A stretch of 64,000 nt of DNA from Eledone cirrhosa. Lineage: Eukaryota. Each line of letters begins with the position of its first letter. The first letter of the stretch is position 1. The notes under the pieces are model-generated. The model ran no database searches and was not told where the DNA came from. It saw only the letters and a program-made list of their open reading frames with translations. The stretch is from contig OZ024763.1 of the NCBI GenBank assembly GCA_964016885.1, positions 5,890,001 to 5,954,000 on the forward strand, read 5' to 3'. Below, piece after piece: positions 54,321 to 64,000 of this stretch. The position numbers and the translations under genes are program-made.

Positions 54321-54691
54321 ATATGTGGGGGGGGGCGTATGTGTAGATATATACATAACAGGTATATACTGACTTAGACAGGTACGTATATTTAGTAGAT
54401 GTGTATGGACAGCAATGTAAACATAACCCTGAACCAGTAGCATATCAAAGACAAAAACAACACACATCTCAAACTGTCTGAAGAGAACATGTCAGAAGGT
54501 TATTATGCAACCACTCTGACATTTTCGAAATACATATAACAGAACTATGTAATAAAAAGAAGATGTACAGATAAAACGATCTCGTTTATTCATAATATTG
54601 AAGCTCCGGTTAATACCTTACTGAGAAAATCCTAAGGAATAAAAATCGTAGTTGGTGGATTATATGATCAACCAACTTTCATTAATTGAAT

Positions 54692-54737
<46 letters not shown>

Positions 54738-55148
54738 ATGAAAGAATGAAGAATAACACTGATAAGCTATACAGTAGGGTTTATTCCAAGTATTAACTTC
54801 TGTTTCATTGGCTAGTATGTGACTGGATGCATCTTAAAATCGTTATCTGCAATGTTATATATATATATATATCATCATCATCACCGTTTTACGTCCGTTC
54901 TTCCATGCTAGCATGGGTTAGACGGGTTGTCCTGTTGTGGGCAGTGTCTGGTCGGCTGATTTGGCTTGATTTCTACAGCTGGATGCCCTTCCTAACACCA
55001 ACCTCATTTACAGTGAGTGCTGGGTGCCTTTTTCCGTGGCGCCTACACGTCCACTTTACAGTGTGGGCTGGGTGCTTTTTTGCCGTGGCACCTCCACGAC
55101 CACCTTGCAGTGGGGGGGTGTGGGGGCATATATATATATATATATATG

Positions 55149-55675
55149 TAACATTAATAAACATGCTGACGTTACATAAATCGTTTATTTATTATAATTA
55201 TTTCAACAGTCCTCCTATGCAATCAAGATGTAATTCATACATTAGTTGTTGTTATGGGAACAGTATCCTCAGATGAAATTCAATTTTGTGGCATGCCGCT
55301 GGCAGGAAAGACACATCCTTCTGCTCGTGCGTCCAGCAGACATATGATTTAGATTGATTTACGACCCTAATTCCGTGGGGGGGGAGGCATGAATCCTGAT
55401 TTTGCTAATTGACACATGGATAGCACTTTACTCCAGTAAACACGACGATGGCTGGGAGACCCTTTTAGGAACTCATATGTCTGCTGGACGCACAAGCAAA
55501 AAAGGACGTGTGTTTATCCTGGTGGCGGCGTATCACAAAATTGAATTTCATCTCAGGATACCACTCTTAATACAACAACAAATGCATGAATTACATCTTG
55601 ATTGCATGGGAGAACCGTTGAAATAATTATAATGAATAAACGATTTATGTAACATCAGCATCTTTATTAATGTTA
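55149..55675. repeat. Imperfect inverted repeat, ~200-bp arms, ~125-bp spacer
   Basis: 55149-55346 pairs with 55473-55675 (taacattaataaa...gtccagcagacatatga / tcatatgtctgctggac...tttattaatgtta). Confidence 0.85.
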
Positions 55676-56146
55676 TTAAACTGAATCTCCATCATAACAA
55701 CAAACTACAAATGTTGACAGCTTTCTCCTGCTTGCTCCTGTTTTTACCAAAACAATCTCTTCGGAACATATAATCAACAAACAGCGAAAGACGCGTTCCG
55801 AGTTGTCTGACAGACAACCTTTTCCCCCACCCCGGAAAAAAAACCCCAGTTGATGGATGTGAATCCGAAATATATAGGGACTATTAAATCTCTCCCAAGG
55901 TAACTCTCTGTCTTGTGTTGTTATTATTTTTACCCTTTTACTCTTCCCTTCATTCTACACATCTCACACATCTTATACACACCACACATCTCAACGTACA
56001 CCCACTTACATATCTCTCTCTCCACCACCGGACCTTGTTACCCGGAGATTTACCTATTTGCATTGTCGAGGCTTCCAAACGACTTATAAATATTTAATTA
56101 TTGTTCCACAATGCTTCAAGCAAACTTCAATACTCTCTTATATATG

Positions 56147-56194
<48 letters not shown>

Positions 56195-56196
<2 letters not shown>

Positions 56197-56386
56197 ACGA
56201 AGGAAATGTGGTAAAGAACCAGGTGGACCATAACGCACCAAAGTACTCAATACTTAGGGTAGTAGAGTGGGTAATAGGAACGAGTAGGACCCCGACGGCT
56301 GAGCTCAAGCCGTTTCGATGGCTAATTCTGGACTCAGAATTAGCCATCGAAACGGCTTGAGCTCAGCCGTTGGGGTCCTACTCGTT

Positions 56387-56392
<6 letters not shown>
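56195..56392 (-). repeat. Hairpin element copy 3
   Basis: Reverse-complement copy of 16718-16918, flanked by (TA)n. Confidence 0.8.
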
Positions 56393-56429
<37 letters not shown>

Positions 56430-56715
56430 ATGTGTGTGTGTATACACTAAGTTAGGGTATCATAACATATACAATATGTATGATGCTTGTATTTCTCAGT
56501 AGAAAAACTCAGTAACTGGTGCAGGATGTTAAGTGGTGCAGCTGGTATTAGTAACTAGCACAGTTGCTGCTGTTATGAAGTGCAGTTGGTGTGTGCAACT
56601 GGTGCAGTTGTTAGTAACTGGTGGTATCAAGTGCGGGAGAGGTGAGACTGGCAGTAATAATAAAACAGTGCAGTGGTTAGTACAAGAGAGAAGAATTTCC
56701 TGTGTGACCATATGA

Positions 56716-57530
56716 CGGTGGGGATGGTGGTGGTGGTAATGGTGGTGGTGGTGGTGGTGATGGTTTTGATGGTGGTGGTGGTGGTGGTTTTGGTGGCGGT
56801 GGTGGTGATGGTGGTGGTGGTGGTGATGGTGGTGGTGGTGATGATAGTGGTGGTGGTGAAGGTTTTGGTGGTGGTGGTAGTGATGGTTTTGATGGTGGTG
56901 ATGATGGTGGTGGTGATGATGGTGGTGGTGGTGGTGAAGGTTTTGATGGTGGTGGTGGTGGTTTTGGTGGTGGTGGTGGTGAAGGTTTTGATGGTGGTGG
57001 TGGTGGTTTTGGTGGTGGTGGTGGTGATGATGGTGGTGGTGGTGGTGGTTTTGGTGGTGGTGATGGTGGTGGTGATGGTGGTGGTGGTGGTGGTGGTGGT
57101 GGTGGTGGTGGTGGTGGTGGTGGTGGTTTTGGTGGTGGTGGTGATGGTTTTGGTGGTGGTAATGGTGGTGGTGGTGGTTTTGGTGGTGGTGGTGGCGGTG
57201 GTGGTGGTGGTTTTGGTGGTGGTGGCCCGTAATCTCATCACAAAATGTGTTGAGACACTCACCGAATACAGCGGCCCAGTGAGAGCGACCCGGCTCCACC
57301 GCATCACCGAACGAGTTCCTCCAATCAGATAATGGTGATGGTGGTGATGGTGGTGGTGGTGGTGGTGATGGTGGTGATGGTGATGATAGTAATGGTTGTG
57401 GTGGTGACAGTGGTAATGATGGTGACAATGATAGTGATGATGATAGTAATGGTGATGATGATGTTGATGGTAGTAATGGTGGTGATGACTAATGGCTGTG
57501 ATGGTGGTGATGATGATGATGAAGATGATA
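56716..57530. repeat. (GGT/GAT)n trinucleotide repeat, intronic
   Basis: Direct inspection. It gives spurious poly-H/T/V ORFs. Confidence 0.95.
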
Positions 57531-57662
57531 ATACAATTTAGCAATTGCCACAAGAAAGTGTTATATCCTCACATTTAGTTTAAGTGCACGGCTGGGAAGG
57601 GTTCGTTAAGGATTAATTGCAGGAAGACAATCCCGTCCCATCATTAATTATTATCGTCTCAC

Positions 57663-57783
57663 CTGCCACTGATCTCTCTGTTGTGAAACCATCACTTTCT
57701 GATGTATAGCAGCCATCAGCTGATTGTTTAAACTCATTATTTCAACCTTAGCTTGATACAGTTCTTTCTCAATCTGGACTTTC
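57663..57783 (-). CDS. BICDL1: BICDL1-like penultimate exon (conserved C-terminal coiled coil)
   Basis: tttcag|...CAG|gtgag, 121 nt. KVQIEKELYQAKVEIMSLNNQLMAAIHQKVMVSQQRDQWQ matches the recalled BICDL1 segment MSLNSQLLDAIQQKLNLSQQLEAWQ. Confidence 0.88.
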
Positions 57784-57881
57784 CTGAAAGAAACAGAAAA
57801 AATTATGATTGGTGAAAAAAAAAAAAATTTAAAGTGTTACATTTGTAGGATTTGAACTTTGAACACTAAAATACCTCTAAA

Positions 57882-60158
57882 TTGAGTGATCACAGCTCTG
57901 ATATTACAGATATGTGGTTAGAATGTCTCAGGAAAGAATTACTGGACAGATTTGAGAGATCACAGCTCTGATATTACAGATATGTGGTTAGAATGTCTCA
58001 GGAAAGAATCACAGGACAGATTTGAGAGATCACAGCTCTGATATTACAGATATGTTGTTAGAATGTCTCAGGAAAGAATTACTGGACAGATTTGAGAGAT
58101 CACAGCTCTGATATTACAGATATGTGGTTAGAATGTCTCAGGAAAGAATCACAGGACAGATTTGAGAGATCACAGCTCTGATATTACAGATATGTGGTTA
58201 GAATGTCTCAGGAAAGAATCACAGGACAGATTTGAGAGATCACAGCTCTGATATTACAGATATGTGGTTAGAATGTCTCAGGAAAGAATTACTGGACAGA
58301 TTTGAGAGATCACAGCTCTGATATTACAGATATGTGGTTAGAATGTCTCAGGAAAGAATCACAGGACAGATTTGAGAGATCACAGCTCTGATATTACAGA
58401 TATGTTGTTAGAATGTCTCAGGAAAGAATTACTGGACAGATTTGAGAGATCACAGCTCTGATATTACAGAGATGTGGTTAGAATGTCTCAGGAAAGAATC
58501 ACAGGACAGATTTGAGAGATCACAGCTCTGATATTACAGATATGTGGTTAGAATGTCTCAGGAAAGAATTACTGGACAGATTTGAGAGATCACAGCTCTG
58601 ATATTACAGATATGTGGTTAGAATGTCTCAGGAAAGAATCACAGGACAGATTTGAGAGATCACAGCTCTGATATTACAGAGATGTGGTTAGAATGTCTCA
58701 GGAAAGAATCACAGGACAGATTTGAGAGATCACAGCTCTGATATTACAGATATGTGGTTAGAATGTCTCAGGAAAGAATTACTGGACAGATTTGAGAGAT
58801 CACAGCTCTGATATTACAGATATGTGGTTAGAATGTCTCAGGAAAGAATTACTGGACAGATTTGAGAGATCACAGCTCTGATATTACAGATATGTGGTTA
58901 GAACGTCTCAAGAAAGAATTACTGGACAGATTTGAGAGATCACAGTTCTGATATTACAGATATGTGGTTAGAATGTCTCAGGAAAGAATTACTGGACAGA
59001 TTTGAGAGATCACAGCTCTGATATTACAGATATGTGGTTAGAATGTCTCAGGAAAGAATCACAGGACAGATTTGAGAGATCACAGCTCTGATATTACAGA
59101 GATGTGGTTAGAATGTCTCAGGAAAGAATCACAGGACAGATTTGAGAGATCACAGCTCTGATATTACAGATATGTGGTTAGAATGTCTCAGGAAAGAATT
59201 ACTGGACAGATTTGAGAGATCACAGCTCTGATATTACAGATATGTGGTTAGAATGTCTCAGGAAAGAGTCACTGGATAGATTTGAGGGATCACAGCTCTG
59301 ATATTATGGACATGTAGTTAGAATGTCTCAGGAAAGAATTACTGGACAGATTTGAGAGATCACAGTTCTGATATTACAGATATGTGGTTAGAATGTCTCA
59401 GGAAAGAATTACTGGACAGATTTGAGAGATCACAGTTCTGATATTACAGATATGTGGTTAGAATGTCTCAGGAAAGAATTACTGGACAGATTTGAGAGAT
59501 CACAGCTCTGATATTACAGATATGTGGTTAGAATGTCTCAAGAAAGAATTACTGGACAGATTTGAGAGATCACAGTTCTGATATTACAGATATGTGGTTA
59601 GAATGTCTCAGGAAAGAATTACTGGACAGATTTGAGAGATCACAGCTCTGATATTACAGATATGTGGTTAGAATGTCTCAGGAAAGAATTACTGGACAGA
59701 TTTGAGAGATCACAGTTCTGATATTACAGATATGTGGTTAGAATGTCTCAGGAAAGAATTACTGGACAGATTTGAGAGATCACAGTTCTGATATTACAGA
59801 TATGTGGTTAGAATGTCTCAGGAAAGAATTACTGGACAGATTTGAGAGATCACAGTTCTGATATTACAGATATGTGGTTAGAATGTCTCAGGAAAGAATT
59901 ACTGGACAGATTTGAGAGATCACAGTTCTGATATTACAGATATGTGGTTAGAATGTCTCAGGAAAGAATTACTGGACAGATTTGAGAGATCACAGTTCTG
60001 ATATTACAGATATGTGGTTAGAATGTCTCAGGAAAGAATTACTGGACAGATTTGAGAGATCGCAGCTCTGATATTACAGATATGTGGTTAGAATGTCTCA
60101 GGAAAGAGTCACTGGATAGATTTGAGGGATCGCAGCTCTGATATTATGGACATGTAGT
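57882..60158. repeat. 60-bp tandem satellite, ~38 copies, in BICDL1-like intron
   Basis: cacagctctgatattacagatatgtggttagaatgtctcaggaaagaattactggacagatttgagagat. The listing shows this string advancing 10 columns per copy, so the exact period (60 vs 70 nt) should be checked; a 70-nt unit would give ~32 copies. Confidence 0.85.
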
Positions 60159-60396
60159 TTGCCCTTCTTGATGATCTCAATTATGTCCTTCATTCCAGTC
60201 ATGCCATCTCAACTTTAGCTGCTCTTTGGTTCTTCTCCATTGCCTTCATGTCCACTCTGTCACTCTAATAGTCCACCTCTTGTCTCTGAAATGAGAGATG
60301 TGGCCAGCAGCCCTTATATGTTTACCTTTTTTCATGGTCTCAATTATGTCCTAAGTTGGAAGATGCAAAGAAAAGCTAAAACTCCACACAACTTAC

Positions 60397-60527
60397 GTCT
60401 CCATGGCCGTGTTTCTGTCTTGTCTTGTCTGTTCCACAATTTCATCTCTTGACAAATCAAGTGTTTTGTTTTCTAAATTATCACAATATTCTCGCAGTCT
60501 GAACAAATCTGCCTGTTGTGCATCAAT
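60397..60527 (-). CDS. BICDL1: BICDL1-like exon
   Basis: gtag|ATT...AC|gtaagt, 131 nt. Encodes IDAQQADLFRLREYCDNLENK...EQTRQDRNTAME, phase 0/2. Confidence 0.8.
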
Positions 60528-60597
60528 CTACACGGGGAAAAGAAAATACAGACATATTTATATATATGTGTGTATATATATCATCATCATTTCATCA

Positions 60598-61083
<486 letters not shown>

Positions 61084-61496
61084 ATATAAAAAGAGAGAGG
61101 GAGAGAGTTAGATCATAAATATAGATCAAAATAAAATTATTTCAATCAGAGGAGACATGACAAAAAGCACCCCGCCCACACTGTAAATGTGGTTGACGAT
61201 AGGGAGGGCATCCAGACGTAGAAATCTACCCAGAAACAGTCCTATATGAGCAAGATATGGTCACCTGACCCAACTTGCCTCTAATGAGACAAACCCGCCT
61301 AACCCATGCTAGCGTGGAAAATAGATGTTAAACGATGATGATGATATTACACCATAAACATCTGAATGCAAGTTAAAAACCATACTTTACAGGCCTTCAT
61401 TTATACAAATTATATTTAGGTATAATAATATATAGTATATTAAAACTTTGCATATTAAGCAAAGAATACATTTAAAAGAAAACCTTACATAATTAC

Positions 61497-61690
61497 ATGG
61501 ATTGGCAGTATCGGTAGAGGGTCGGACGCCATGCTTTGACGTAAAGAGTTACCTCCCTTTACAGTCTAAGCTCAAATCCCGCCGAGGTTAACTTTGCCTT
61601 TCATCCTTACGGGGTTGATAAAATAAAGTACACCAGTAATGCACTGGGGTAATTGCTGGCCTTGTGCCAACAGTAGAAACAATAATTACA
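61497..61690 (+). mobile_element. SINE family A copy
   Basis: Near-identical head and body to 1099-1322. Confidence 0.7.
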
Positions 61691-61929
61691 TATATATATA
61701 AACTTGTATTAGTGCCTGAAAAAAGGTCACTATTTTGACAACTGATGTTTTCAGGATGTATGGTCAAATTTGGGCTTTGAAACATTGAATGATCCTTTTG
61801 TTCCGTGTATGAACATAAATCAATAATATAATATAATATATATAATAGAAAAAACGAGGAAGTTTCATACTACCTACACTATATATAGAGAGAGGGAGGG
61901 GAAAGGGGTTAGAAAAACTGAATGTTAAA

Positions 61930-62225
61930 TGACTAGACCAACTGTGACCCGTTGAGTTACGTTCACTTAAAATATTTTTTAAATAATTGAAATATATACA
62001 GACATGTATATAATGTGAAATGAAATTTTCAACCTACTCTCTCACAACCACTATATCTTTCTCTATTTATGAAGGTACCCGGAAAAACCCTGTATCTCGG
62101 GAACCCGTGCTCCAATTTACACGAAACTTGTTTTATTCCATTTGTATTCCCATTTTAGGGGCAACTTCCTTTCAAAGTATTTTCCCATTCTGCACAGTTT
62201 TGGCTGTAGTAAATTACAGACAATG
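61930..62225 (-). repeat. Dispersed repeat, inverted homolog of 10835-11335
   Basis: 62040-62220 matches the reverse complement of 10835-11015, and 61930-62025 matches that of 11244-11335. The 10.8-kb copy is interrupted by microsatellite. Confidence 0.7.
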
Positions 62226-62260
62226 ACATAATCACATAGTTTTAGTAGTATATAGATAAA

Positions 62261-63145
62261 TGAGGGTGTTTGGAAAGTAATTGTGTTTTTCCAGAAAGGA
62301 TGTAAAAACAAATATAAACTAGGTTCATCTGAATAATTTTAATCAAGAATGTAATCACCATCGTTTTCAATGACTGCAGCTCAATAGGAAGGCAATTTTT
62401 TGATGCCATGTTCAAAGAAACATATTTCTTTTCCTGAAAAAAAGTCTCAAAGATTGTTTTCAACTTCCTCTCTGTTTCTGAATGTTTCACCCCTTATAAA
62501 ATGCTCTAGTGATCGGAACAGATAGAAATCTGTGGATGCTAAGTCAGATGAGTATGGAGGATGTGGAAGATCTTCCCATCCTAATGATCTTAATTTTTCT
62601 TGGATTTGTTTTGCAGAGTGTGCACATGCATAGTCTCAAGTATAAGCTCATGAGGAACCCAAATTCCCTCCTTGCACGTTTTCCTAATTTGCCTGAGATG
62701 TTCATGGGTAGTTAACATCACACACTAAATTTATGCACAAAATCTCTGGTGCTTCGAAGTAGTCTCATGCAGAGTGGGCCGTCTTCCTGAGCGAGGCTTG
62801 TCAGATATATCACAATAGTCATCATTAAATATTTTAAGCCACAGCTGGCATGTACAAGCTTTTACGGCATCAGGATACACTCCACAAATGTTTTTCAACG
62901 CTTCCGTAGCAGTACTGCTCTTTAGAAACCCATACATTAAGTAATGACAAATATCTTGTTTCATAAAGTTCTTATCCTCTATGGGGTTAATTACCGAAAT
63001 AACTATGACACACTGCTGAATAGAAAGGTGATATACTGAACTATTTTAAACAGTTCCCACCCATTTGACCTTGGCTCTGACGGGATTGGTTGATTCATAT
63101 TTCATTGTGGTAAAAAAAAACACAATTATTTTCCAAACACCCTAA
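62261..63145 (-). mobile_element. Internally deleted mariner transposon (TIRs plus transposase remnants)
   Basis: TIRs tgagggtgtttggaaagtaattgtgttttt / aaaaaaaacacaattattttccaaacaccctaa. N-terminal HTH remnant MKQDICHYLMYGF...ATEALKNICGVY...W..IF...DISDKPRSGR. C-terminal remnant FFQEK...GIKKLP...VIENDGDYILD across frameshifts. Confidence 0.85.
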
Positions 63146-63166
63146 TGTATTGGTTTTACTTGATTA

Positions 63167-63235
63167 ACAAGTCTGATGAGCAGATTGGGCCACCATGGAC
63201 CTTGAGCCACTCATTTGTGAAACGGTTGTAACTGT
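63167..63235 (+). ncRNA. Hammerhead ribozyme-like motif
   Basis: agt-CTGATGA-gcagat...atttgt-GAAA-c ggtt g-TA-act, with a GUA cleavage triplet and AATAAA ~10 nt downstream. Confidence 0.6.
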
Positions 63236-63637
63236 GTATAATCAATAAAGACCTTAATGTGAAACCTCGTTTTATTCTTAATATATATATATATAAAACA
63301 CTCTATACTTTTACGTGAATTAGATATTCAGTGTAGTAAATGTGTATTAACGCTGGCATCTGTTTGTTATTGATGTAATATGCAGAATGTTTATATTAAG
63401 AAAAAGAGCTCTCAAAGTTTCAGTTTAACAAATTTTAATTGTAATCACACATAACACGTGTTTCACAAATAATTGGCTCAGAGACTTTATCAATTACAAT
63501 CAACTCTAGGATTCTGAGATCGGTTTGTTCAACAGATTAACAATAGTGCTATACCTTACTGTTAAGGTAGTGTTTATTAATTATCTAATTAGTAACGGCT
63601 CACCTTACTCTTAATTAACTAATTAGTACTGGCTTAC

Positions 63638-63829
63638 CTTACTATTAAGTTCTGCCACTTCTGTGACCTTCTGCTGCAGTTGCTGGTCACGCAGCTGCAA
63701 GTCTGCATGCAATCCTGCAATGTGTGTGCGGACACTATTTAGTTCAACATGTAAATCATGGATTTGTTCGGTCATCAAGTTCACCTTGCCTCCCTCATCT
63801 GGTTCACCTTCAGCAGCTTTACTTCCATC
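63638..63829 (-). CDS. BICDL1: BICD family-like cargo adaptor (BICDL1/BICDR), internal coiled-coil exon; gene continues beyond window
   Basis: Minus-strand gtcag|GAT...AAG|gtaagc, 192 nt, phase 0/0. Encodes DGSKAAEG...LQLRDQQLQQKVTEVAELNSK. Confidence 0.75.
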
Positions 63830-64000
63830 CTGACAACAACAACAACAACAATAATGAGAGAAGAGCTACAAGTTACAGAAGAGAGCTTATATGTGTTTAG
63901 CTGATACCTGGGTATTTAGTAGCTCTACAAGGTGTACCTGAGTATTTAGTACCCTACACTAGCTCTACAAGGTGTACCTGAGTATTTAGTACCCTGGGTT

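Noticed and set aside
53439-54467. 342-aa YIYLQYIHIYLL ORF
   Set aside because: Translation of a 36-bp minisatellite.
55785-55835. Possible hammerhead remnant on the minus strand (ggttgtctgtcagacaactcggaacgcgtc)
   Set aside because: Stem II and the palindromic acgcgt are present, but both core boxes are broken; too degenerate to call.
56529-57553. Poly-His/Thr/Val ORFs
   Set aside because: (GGT)n repeat lying in an intron between phase-compatible BICDL1-like exons.

Overview
This is AT-rich, microsatellite-laden eukaryotic DNA. The SINE/LINE families and (TA)n load suggest a cephalopod (octopus-like) genome, which is an inference. Three host genes can be reconstructed by hand. (1) A giant single-coding-exon, repeat-expanded protein with a C-terminal Tantalus/PRR14-like motif (+, ~2132-8086). 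(2) A complete four-exon ALKBH2 with APIM and HxD...H...R catalytic motifs (+, 13784-17888). (3) The last four exons of a BICDL1/BICDR-type dynein adaptor (-, 52923-63829). The rest is RTE and CR1/L2-type LINE fragments, tRNA-derived SINEs sharing RTE 3' tails, a Penelope-like element, a decayed mariner, mariner-type MITEs, satellites and microsatellites. The most unusual structure is a ~13.5 kb foldback at 33736-47275. It has ~365-bp inverted outer arms enclosing alternating head-to-head and tail-to-tail arrays of an 88-bp satellite. The arrays are separated by five ~450-bp hairpin spacers whose loops occur in flip and flop orientations. The 88-bp unit is visibly a deletion derivative of a 200-bp MITE found 5 kb away. 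A second 3-kb foldback (22168-25213) carries two convergent tRNA-like Pol III units and shares a motif with those spacers. Several minimal hammerhead-ribozyme-like motifs and smaller palindromes are scattered through the window.
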